IMG/VR virus record: IMGVR_UViG_3300042195_000088
Coordinates: 1-61,628 of that record
DNA: 61,628 bases
From: a virus
Lineage: Duplodnaviria > Caudoviricetes
Reading direction: 5' to 3' (one strand)
The notes under the pieces are model-generated. The model saw only the letters and a program-made list of their open reading frames with translations, made no database searches and was not told where the DNA came from. The position numbers and the translations under genes are program-made. Shown here piece by piece: positions 29,470-37,584 of this stretch; the stretch's first letter is position 1; each line of letters opens with the position of its first letter.

Positions 29470-29670
29470 CGGCCCTCCAAAATCCAGCGCTACGTGATTG
29501 ATTGCGTTCGCACGTGATAGCACGTATTGATACGATCCGGCAGACGCTAGAATTGGCGTAACTACATGACGGAGCAGGCGAAAGTGCGGATACTCTTTGT
29601 GTGCCTCGGCAGCAGATGTGGCACGCGTAAGTAGCTGATTCCACTGACGCTCTCCACAAACTCTCCATTT
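29470..29670. other. Candidate attP with replacement 5' end of a host LMW protein-tyrosine phosphatase gene
   Basis: Lower-GC gap 650 bp past int; IHF consensus match (minus strand AATCAGCTACTTA, 29628-29640); tandem CTCTCCA repeats (29650-29667); mini-ORF 29566-29634 MTEQAKVRILFVCLG. Confidence 0.7.
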
Positions 29671-30091
29671 AGCACTCACTATCCGCGGCCGACTGTATGG
29701 CCCGCAGGGCTGCCTTCAAGGCCGGTCCGCGCATTGACTCCAGTGGTACCTCACTTCGGTCCCAGCGTGGCATCTTGTTGTACTTGGGCTGAAATTTTCT
29801 GATGTACCTCGATTCAAGCGGAGTGAGTTCGGAGCGCTTGCACGTCAGGGTGAAGTAGCGATCGAATTGCATCTTTCCCTTGCATACGTGGTCGTATAGG
29901 CGCGCCCACAGGTTGATCGATTGGCCGACATAGACGACCTGCCCTTCGTCCAACAGGAAGTAGATGCCCGGCGTGCGCTTCTGCCTGACGATTGCGCCTG
30001 CCGCGATCTGGTCGAGTTCCAATAGCTCGTAGCTTTTCGGTGGAGGCGGGAGATCGGGAAGTTGCCGGACTCGCTGGAATGGCTTTCTCAT
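29669..30091 (-). CDS. GIY-YIG domain protein
   Basis: GIYFLL...VVYVGQSINLWARLYDH...LESRYIRKFQPKYN. Confidence 0.85.
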   Translation of the reverse strand: MRKPFQRVRQLPDLPPPPKSYELLELDQIAAGAIVRQKRTPGIYFLLDEGQVVYVGQSINLWARLYDHVCKGKMQFDRYFTLTCKRSELTPLESRYIRKFQPKYNKMPRWDRSEVPLESMRGPALKAALRAIQSAADSEC

Positions 30092-30279
30092 GAGCGCTCC
30101 AGCCGGTCGCCGTCCTCTTTTATGAGCCACTTCACGGCGTACACCACCATGGTGGGCACCTCCGTCTCGGCTGACACATAGCGCCGCATCGTGCGCTCGT
30201 TGATCTCCAGCACTCTTGCAGCGCGCCGCTGAGAGACGCCACCACGCTCTAAGAGCCTTCTGAAACTTGGGCCTTTCAT
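30088..30279 (-). CDS. Small XRE-like HTH regulator
   Basis: GVSQRRAARVLEINERTMRRYVS. Confidence 0.8.
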   Translation of the reverse strand: MKGPSFRRLLERGGVSQRRAARVLEINERTMRRYVSAETEVPTMVVYAVKWLIKEDGDRLERS

Positions 30280-30286
30280 ATCGCAT

Positions 30287-30322
30287 AGTGTAGGGCATAC
30301 AACCCTAGGGCGTAAAGCCCTA
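30287..30322 (-). promoter_or_regulatory. Promoter/operator of the small HTH gene
   Basis: Two overlapping inverted repeats TAGGGCATACAACCCTA and TAGGGCGTAAAGCCCTA; -10-like TACACT 7 nt before the ATG. Confidence 0.6.
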
Positions 30323-31435
30323 TACAGGCACCTTGATTCGCACCCAGTCGAGCCCGCGGTCGTCGTGGTACATGGCCGTCGTTTCGGGGTCGGTGTGGCC
30401 CAGCAGCTCCTGTGTATCGACCCCACCCTGGGCCGCATACAGACGCTCTGAGAGGCTGCGGATCTCATGGAAGGTCGGCGGGTCACGGTCGCCCCAGTCG
30501 AGCTTCGGGGCCGCTACGGCCTCGCCAAAGCGGCGGGAGAGGGTATCGATCCAGATGCGCTGGCCGACGGGGCTGTTCCCCCGGGCTACGGTCTGGTGGA
30601 TGAGGTGCTTGCTCACGATGCCTGTTCGGCGGCACTGGCCGACCACATCGCCGAGAGACATACCGAACGCCTTTAGGCGGAGGTCCAGTGGGATACGGAT
30701 TCGATGCCGCTTCGGCCCCTTCTTAGAAGCCTGCGCGCACCACCAATCCCCGTCACGGAAGTCCTTGAATTGCGCATTGACCACGTCTTCTCGGCGCTGA
30801 CCGGAGACCAAAGCCAACGCCATGGCGTTTCGCAGCCAGACAAGGTCGGTCGCGTGGTAGAGCTGCATGAAGACTTCGAACGACAGGCGCGAGCGCTTCA
30901 CCTCGACGGATACCGGTAGCTTCGTGTCGAGCACCGGGTTCTCTGCGACGTACCAGCCCTGCACTCGAGCTTCGCGGAAGGAGTCGCGCATGTAGTTGCG
31001 CAGCGCCTGGGCGGTGCGCGCCTTGCCTTCGCCCTCAGCCAGCGCCGTCAACCCTTCTGAAATCGTCAAAGCCGTGACGTTTTGCAGAGGGGTCTCGGCC
31101 TTCAGCATCGATACCATGCGCTTGCCGAGGCTCTTGTACGTGCGCAGGGTGTTGGCAGCGAAGTCGGCCTTATTGAGCATGGCCTGATACTTCTCGTTCC
31201 ACTTCTCGACGCTGCGGTCGGCGGTGCCCGTCAGCCGATCGATGAGGCGCGGACGCCCGGCGAGACCCGCGCAATGGATGTTGGCTTCGACGGCCTGAGC
31301 GAATGCCGCCGCGCGATCTCGGCCAATCCCATGCTCTACGCCGGTCTCGGGATGACGCCACGAGTAATAGCCGTCCCGCTCATAGAGGTTTGTCGGCCAT
31401 CCCCGCTTCGATTTACTGCGCTGTCTGGGACTCAC
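30320..31435 (-). CDS. int: Tyrosine integrase, lambda Int-like
   Basis: Arm-binding N-terminus (PTNLYERDGYYSWRHP), SGQRRED (R), FHEIRSL (HxxR) and LLGH...TAMY. GTG start at 31435 is inferred. Confidence 0.95.
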   Translation of the reverse strand: MSPRQRSKSKRGWPTNLYERDGYYSWRHPETGVEHGIGRDRAAAFAQAVEANIHCAGLAGRPRLIDRLTGTADRSVEKWNEKYQAMLNKADFAANTLRTYKSLGKRMVSMLKAETPLQNVTALTISEGLTALAEGEGKARTAQALRNYMRDSFREARVQGWYVAENPVLDTKLPVSVEVKRSRLSFEVFMQLYHATDLVWLRNAMALALVSGQRREDVVNAQFKDFRDGDWWCAQASKKGPKRHRIRIPLDLRLKAFGMSLGDVVGQCRRTGIVSKHLIHQTVARGNSPVGQRIWIDTLSRRFGEAVAAPKLDWGDRDPPTFHEIRSLSERLYAAQGGVDTQELLGHTDPETTAMYHDDRGLDWVRIKVPV

Positions 31436-31676
31436 GGTACACCCTGGCGTATGACGGGTCTGAGGGATCGATGTAGCGGGCGTTCTCGGCAACGTAGTAG
31501 GTGCGGCCGTACTTGCGCGGAACCGGCAGAATGCGAGCCTGGCGTGCCCAGCGGCGGAGTGTCCCGATGGTGGGCGCATGCTCGCCGAAACGTGCGCTCG
31601 CCCACGCGTCCAACGGGATCTCCTTTTCAGCGGTTTTCGCGTGTGTTTGCATGTTTCGCATTGTGGGCAGATTCAT
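31413..31676 (-). CDS. xis: Excisionase
   Basis: IPLDAWA...PTIGTLRRWARQARILPVPRKYGRTYYV, lambda Xis-like, overlapping the int start. Confidence 0.88.
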   Translation of the reverse strand: MNLPTMRNMQTHAKTAEKEIPLDAWASARFGEHAPTIGTLRRWARQARILPVPRKYGRTYYVAENARYIDPSDPSYARVYRESQTAQ

Positions 31677-31754
31677 AAGCCACGCAAGATTCCGCTGGAA
31701 TTCGCGGATGTGATGAGGCTGTGAGTCACTGCGCGCCGTCCATCTACAAGCGCG

Positions 31755-34330
31755 TCACTCGGCCTTCGAGCCGACAGTCCGGCAGGCATGCGCCAGCAGT
31801 TCAGGTAACTGAAACTTGAGGTAGCGCCGCTCGTTGCGGTCGTTGAAAGCGATCTCGATCAGGCCGTCTTTGGTGAGGTCAGTGACTTCCACCAGAACGT
31901 TCTCGTCGACAACCTCTTCGCCTTCGCCCTTCTTGTCGAAAGTCATCAGTTGGGCGACGAACTCTTTGTTAATCGGCATTGTGTTTTCCTTTCTCGCTCT
32001 GATGTTGCGACTCGAATGCGACAGCGTGAAAAACCGCTAGCATCGCGTTCACGCCGTCGTGCGACAGCCGCAGCGGATAATCCGTTTTGCCTCGCACGAA
32101 CACGAAGTAGTAGCCGTCGCCGTCTTCGCATCGGTAGCAATGAATCTCGCGCTTTTCGCCGTTCACTTCGAACGTGACTGAGCGGCCGTCTACGCCTCTC
32201 GTTGGGGTATCACTCATGAGGCGGTGTCCTCGCTCTGATGTTTCGCCTGCATCTGGAGCAGCGCGGCCACATAGCCATGCCGCCACGCTGCACGAACGAG
32301 GCCTGTGACGTTCTGCACCGGATACTCCTTGGCGAAGTCCACCTTGTTGGCGGCCTCTTCTGCTAGCAGGTATTCGTTCGTCACGTTGATGGTTTCGTTA
32401 CTCATGAGGGCCGGTGTCCTCGCTCAAAGCGCTTCGTCTGATCGGCCGAACAGAGCACGGTGCGCAATACAGGCATCGCATACCTGATCGGCTCCGTATG
32501 TGGCCTCGGCCGTCCGCTGGTTGCGGTAGCAGCTCCCAATGCCTGACGTGGAGTTCTCGCAGGCTCCGCAGGTTTTTCGCAAGATCAGCATCAGACCTTG
32601 TTCGCAACGTTTGGCGTATAGCGGATCACTCATGCTCGCGTGCCTCGCTTTCAGTGGCTCTAATCCCAATCATCACAGCCGTTGTCATATCTGGAGTCCT
32701 CTTCGCGGAGCCGGTCATCGCGCCGCTTCCGGCAAGGACCGCATACGTAGTAGACCGGTCCATGCAGTCCCTCGTCGTAGTCGCGCGTAGGCCGTATCTC
32801 CGCGGCTTTCTTTTTGCACCAGTCGCACTCGTCAGGCGCGTAAACGCCGCTCTCTTTGTATTCCAGATAGCATTCGTCGCAGAAGTCGTGCATCTCGCAG
32901 CCGAAGGAATCGGTCTCGCCTTGCACGCGACGTGTGGCTGGCCTGTCAGGGTGGTCGTCACACATCGTGCCCTCGGGCACTGCGTACGCGGCGCCTGGAA
33001 GCGTGCTGATTGGCCCGGTTACGTCAGCCATGCTCATTTATCCTTGTGCCTTGTTACTTCCGCTCTTCCGGATCGCCGCAGTAGTCACACGAGTCGAAGC
33101 TCTTGCTGTACTTGCACAGATGGTCCGGGCTGGTCTCGCAGTACCATTGATCGGCGTGCTTGCCGCACGCGCATTTCGCACCGCCATGGCTGCCATCTAG
33201 TTCCCAGACGTGCTCGTGAGGTGCACGAGGCGCTTCCACATCGGCAGCTGACGCTTCCCACTGCTCATCTGGGTGGCACAGGCACTCGGCGGCGTCGACA
33301 GCCTTGCACTTCGGGCATGGGCCTAACGCAGTGACCTTCACGCCCGTGTCAGCCAGCGCGGCGCGCAGCTTGTCGGCGCGGCTCGGAGCGAGCTTGTCCT
33401 CTACGTACTCGCTGCACTCCATCGCCCATCTGTTGTGGTCCGACAGCCACCAGCGGAACGGCGGATCAATCGTGCGGGTCATCGCGTCAGGGTGCGTGTG
33501 GTGCATGCAGTGGGCGCGCACGAAGCACGGCACGCCATCAGCGCCGACGCCGTTGCAGTAGCCGAGCCCCACAGCAGCCGGTCCCACGCCCGCAGGCGTG
33601 ATGCCGTATATCCGCAGCGTCTCGCGCAGTTGCGCAACCTCGTTGTTACGCAGGGCCAGAGATGCCTGAGCACGCGCAAGGTCGGTAACGATGCGGGCCA
33701 CATCCTCCACCGCGCAGTCGCGTTCGTGAACGGACTGCAGGCGCTTCGTGGTCTCAGCCGTCCATGCGTCGTGCGTTTCGGCTAGGGCGCGTTCCATCCG
33801 CTCGGCCTCGGCCTGCTGTGCGCGCACCAGTCGGGCGACAAGTTCTATCTGTGTTCTCTCGCTGCCGCCATATGCGGCCTTGGCTTCTGCATCCAGCATG
33901 CGCAGGATGGCCGGGACGTTGAACTGCTCGGCGCCGAGTTGCGTTAGCTGCTGGCCTGCAGGGAGGTTACTTCCGCTCATGGCATGCCTTACAGTGGCCG
34001 CAGTTGTAGCAGCAGCCTTGGTCGTCATCTTCGAAGTTCGAGCAGGCAGCACCCCAAAGCTCCGGACGATCGCCGAAGCAGTCGCATACCAGATCGGCGC
34101 GCTCATCAGTGGAATTGTGAGCATCAGACATGGATCGGATTCCTGTGAGGAAGTCGGCACACAGAGCAGCGTCCGGCATGTTTCCCTTTTTCGAGCCTCG
34201 CGAACGGGTGATTGAACACTCGATGCAACCACCGAAGCTCGGCACATGTTGCCGCGCCAAAGGCCCCATACCTTTTGACCGTGAACGGCGGCTCGTCGAG
34301 GCGCTCCTCGGTGCTGAGCGCGTCAGACAT
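31755..34330 (-). other. Cluster of leftward hypothetical ORFs, many Cys-rich
   Basis: Chain of ORFs at 31755-31979, 31969-32217, 32214-32405, 32660-33037, 33054-33980 and others, with overlapping starts and stops. Confidence 0.5.
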
Positions 34331-34529
34331 GAACGTCCACCTTGTCAGGATGCTCCTCGCACCACTTGCGCCTCGTGATCTCACCGCGGTCGATGATCAC
34401 TGTCTTGGGAGCGATCAGGCCGTAGCGCACCTGATTGCCATGCGACCCCAGTTGCAAGATCGTGATGCGCCGGCCGTCTTCGAGCGTGATATCGATCTGT
34501 TGGCCCGTTCGTCTCGTGAGAATTAACAT
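34323..34529 (-). CDS. csrA: CsrA/RsmA family translational regulator
   Basis: MLILTRRTGQQIDI...GNQVRYGLIAPKTVIIDRGEI matches CsrA (MLILTRR..E...GNQVRIGI.AP..V.V.REEI); AGGGG RBS. Confidence 0.88.
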   Translation of the reverse strand: MLILTRRTGQQIDITLEDGRRITILQLGSHGNQVRYGLIAPKTVIIDRGEITRRKWCEEHPDKVDVHV

Positions 34530-34545
34530 CGCAATTCCCCTTATT

Positions 34546-34749
34546 TTATAGGCTTTCCGGTGGATCAACCTTCACTATCTCGCCTTTCTTGATTCCCTCG
34601 TCCCAGTCAGCGAGGTCCAGTTCTTCGACAGTCCCATCGAAGTACTGCACCTCAAGGAACCACTCGTCTTCGTCAACCATGACGATCTCGAACATGGGCC
34701 CGTCGCCGTCGCGGTACCAGTCGCCGGCCTGCGGAGTTACTGAGGTCAT
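34546..34749 (-). CDS. Small acidic protein (DUF6763-like)
   Basis: P..GDWY...FEIV..DE...EVQYFDGTVEELDL..W pattern. Confidence 0.6.
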   Translation of the reverse strand: MTSVTPQAGDWYRDGDGPMFEIVMVDEDEWFLEVQYFDGTVEELDLADWDEGIKKGEIVKVDPPESL

Positions 34750-35056
34750 GGAACCGCCTCAACAGCATCCAGTTTGTCCGCATACTCGCGCAGGTAAGAC
34801 GCGAGCGATTTTGCGTATTCGCCGCCGTCCTCGGCGTGTATGTTCGCGAGGTACTCTTCCATGACTTCTTTGAAGTCGACTATCAGAACCCCGCAGCTAT
34901 TGTAGATTGCGTGTTCGTCTTCGACCGTTTCGAAGTACATGGGAACGCCCAGGGCGAAATAGGGCACGCCATGCTCATCACACTGAAACGACAGGTCGAA
35001 TGTGCGCTTGCCGTCGTCAAACGGCAGGTCCTCGCCTTCTGAATCCACCATGTACG

Positions 35057-35494
35057 TCAAGGTAGGCTCCGTTCCGCTTCGGTCTGCGGAACCTGACGCG
35101 GTACGATCTTGGTCGGCGGACGCCCCGCAGGGAGCTTCAGTTCCTTCTGCGTCTCGTCGTACAGATCCCACTCGGTCACGCCGTGATCGACAAGAAACGC
35201 CTTGCTGCCGTCCTTCACGGTGGCGCCGAACACCGCACGCGCCTCGGCCCTGCTTGTGTACGGATACGGGATGATTGCCTCGTGATACCAAGAGTGCAGC
35301 GGGATGGAATAGCCATGCCCGTAGCGCTTGCCAGGTTTCAGGAGGTGATGGATGTGCAGCGAGCCTTTTCGAGATTCCGGCACCGGAAGCTTGCGCGCTG
35401 CCCGGTTACGCGAAAGCACACATCCGAGTTGCCGCGCGGCTTTCTCGCGCGCTCGTTCGGCCGGAGTCGGCCACGTTTGATTCTTGTGCCACAT
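35057..35494 (-). CDS. Ref-like HNH nuclease (recombination enhancement)
   Basis: IHHLLKPGKRYGHGYSIPLHSWYH; position in the recombination cluster. Confidence 0.6.
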   Translation of the reverse strand: MWHKNQTWPTPAERAREKAARQLGCVLSRNRAARKLPVPESRKGSLHIHHLLKPGKRYGHGYSIPLHSWYHEAIIPYPYTSRAEARAVFGATVKDGSKAFLVDHGVTEWDLYDETQKELKLPAGRPPTKIVPRQVPQTEAERSLP

Positions 35495-35973
35495 CAGGCG
35501 GCGCACTCCCGTACTGGCTCGCGGAAGATGCGCGGGCACTCAGTCTGATAGTTTTCGCTGGCGTAGCGGTCTACCTCGTTCTCGAGGTCAGGGGCGGTCA
35601 TGCGCAAGATGGCCGCGCAGACGGTCATCGCCTTGCCGAATTCCTTGGTGAAATTGTCCTCATCGGGAAGGTGATCGTAGTCGTAAGGCAGGGCCTGACG
35701 ATGAATCTCACCGTCCATAGTCATGAACTCCTCGACGTGTCCAGCTTCGTATGCAATCGCACGCCGGAAAGCCTTGTCGTCCGTGTAGCGCTCCTGGTTG
35801 TCGAACGTCAGTTCCAGAAGACACATGAAAAGGCAGTGATGCTTGTAGTTGCGCGGCTTCGAGAACTTACCGCGGTACACCTGCCCGAGTTTCTGCTTGC
35901 GCCACTCAGCCTCGCTCTCGGCGCCCTCAGGCACCCAGCCGGTCAGCGTGCGGCGCTGGAGTATGTCGGCCAT
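35494..35973 (-). CDS. DUF1367/NinB-like protein
   Basis: KPRNYKHHCLFMCLLELTFDNQ motif. Confidence 0.65.
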   Translation of the reverse strand: MADILQRRTLTGWVPEGAESEAEWRKQKLGQVYRGKFSKPRNYKHHCLFMCLLELTFDNQERYTDDKAFRRAIAYEAGHVEEFMTMDGEIHRQALPYDYDHLPDEDNFTKEFGKAMTVCAAILRMTAPDLENEVDRYASENYQTECPRIFREPVRECAA

Positions 35974-36242
35974 CAGAATGGGTCTCCGCCTTTGTCAGCG
36001 TACTGCGCCGGGGGATTGCCGGAGGCTCCCTGATGTTCGCGGGCCACCTTCGGCTTCACGGTCAGCGACATGAATTTCTTGCCGCCGGGCTTCTTGCTCT
36101 CTTTGATCCACGCATCCAGCCAGAATTCCTTGCCGTCCACGTTGATGCTGCCGCGATAGTCCGGCCAGTTCGGATTGCCGCCTTCCTTGTCATTTTTGAA
36201 CAGGACACCCCTGTTCGTATTGTCGTATTCCCGGTCGCTCAT
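35973..36242 (-). CDS. Small SSB-like protein
   Basis: NTNRGVLFKND...PDYRGSINVDGKEFWLDAW; C-terminal DPF. Confidence 0.7.
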   Translation of the reverse strand: MSDREYDNTNRGVLFKNDKEGGNPNWPDYRGSINVDGKEFWLDAWIKESKKPGGKKFMSLTVKPKVAREHQGASGNPPAQYADKGGDPF

Positions 36243-36859
36243 GCCGCGCTCCGCTTCGGTTGGACGGTTTCCATGAGCGAGACGAGCTCGCGCTCGAACA
36301 GGTCGACGGCCTTCCGCAGACGCTCGATGAATTCCTCGTCGCGATGGACGCGCTTCACAAAGAGAGGCAGCTTCGGGCAGTAGGAAACGAAATCGCAGAA
36401 CTCCCGCTCTGCCACCCAAAGCTGCCCCTGGATCTGCGCCATGTGCTCACTGGGGACGGCATCCCCGAGCAGCACGTCAAGGTGCAGGTGTGCCAGCTTT
36501 GACTTGATTTCGAGCATGCCGTTGTCCCCGATCAGGGAGTCAGGACTGCAGCCCACGGAGCCGTTGCGGATGAACCCGACAGGCTGCGGCTCCACGTCGG
36601 CCTGGAACGCGTACATGTTCCGCGCGTCGGGCTCCTGCTCGTGTCCGCGCTCCATGTGCTCGTTTTTGTAGCGGTACATGGGATCGCCCGTCAGGCGCTC
36701 GCCTATGAGCTTGAGCATGTACTCGCGGCGAGTAACGGACGGCTCGCCTTTCTTGCGTCCCTCGCGCATCACGGTCGCGAATTCGGAAGCCGTCACGATG
36801 CCGCGCCGAGCTTCGCACCATTCATCGCTGCCCTGAGGCATGTTGAATACTTCGATCAT
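36239..36859 (-). CDS. YqaJ/lambda-type exonuclease
   Basis: QGSDEWCEARRGIVTAS, GCSPDSL, LEIK and QIQGQLWV motifs. Confidence 0.92.
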   Translation of the reverse strand: MIEVFNMPQGSDEWCEARRGIVTASEFATVMREGRKKGEPSVTRREYMLKLIGERLTGDPMYRYKNEHMERGHEQEPDARNMYAFQADVEPQPVGFIRNGSVGCSPDSLIGDNGMLEIKSKLAHLHLDVLLGDAVPSEHMAQIQGQLWVAEREFCDFVSYCPKLPLFVKRVHRDEEFIERLRKAVDLFERELVSLMETVQPKRSAA

Positions 36860-37584
36860 CGGCGCATCGCCTCCAGCGTCTTGATGACCTCGGAGTAGTT
36901 CGCGGCCGGGATCTCGGAGAGCGCGCCGACTTTCGCCCAGGTGAGAAACTTCTTCTCATCCTTGCCGAGCTCCGTCAGCAGAGCGCGTATGTCAGCGATT
37001 TGCTTCTCGCTCACTCTCTCGCCCTGCCTGTTTCCGTCCTTGTCTTCCCCGGCAATGACGATGTTGAAGATCAGTTTCGTGAGGTAACGCTGGCCGTAGC
37101 TCATGGTCGAGCCAAACCCCTGCACGCCGGTCTTGTTTGGATTGCCCTTGATGCCGACAAGATCGGGCGGGAGGTCAGCGAACCGATTCTCCGAATGCCC
37201 GTCCAGATGGGACACCTTGCATGTTTCGCGATACCAACCTTGGATGGGGCAATCTGCCGTGCCAAACGACAGCGCAAACCCGTGGCGGGTATAGATTGGC
37301 TTCGCGACGCGGTCGAGTTCCTCCAAGGCGGCGTAGAACGAACCCGTTTGGCTGTTCTTCGTTCTTCCGACGACTACAGGCATCTCCGCTTGGCATGCGG
37401 TCATGGCGACGTTGAACGCGACTTCAGCCTGCTCACGTCGGATTTCCCTGGCGATCTGCCACAACTCGCGGACCTTTTGCGCGTCGATGGCCGGGTCTTT
37501 TGCGGCCCGCATCAGGATTTCATACGCGCCACCATCCTGTCCCGTCGTGGGAAGCTGGTCAGCTGGTAGGGCTACTGCGTTCAT
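36856..37584 (-). CDS. erf: ERF family ssDNA-annealing protein
   Basis: YAALEEL...HGFALSF and GSTMSYGQRY...GEDKDG motifs. Confidence 0.9.
   Translation of the reverse strand: MNAVALPADQLPTTGQDGGAYEILMRAAKDPAIDAQKVRELWQIAREIRREQAEVAFNVAMTACQAEMPVVVGRTKNSQTGSFYAALEELDRVAKPIYTRHGFALSFGTADCPIQGWYRETCKVSHLDGHSENRFADLPPDLVGIKGNPNKTGVQGFGSTMSYGQRYLTKLIFNIVIAGEDKDGNRQGERVSEKQIADIRALLTELGKDEKKFLTWAKVGALSEIPAANYSEVIKTLEAMRR

Noticed and set aside
29465-29668. 67-aa and 101-aa minus-strand ORFs across the candidate attP
   Set aside because: No motifs and atypical composition; better explained as a recombination site.
31436-31579. N-terminal extension of the integrase in the ORF track (419 aa)
   Set aside because: Lies within xis; Int similarity begins at the GTG at 31435.
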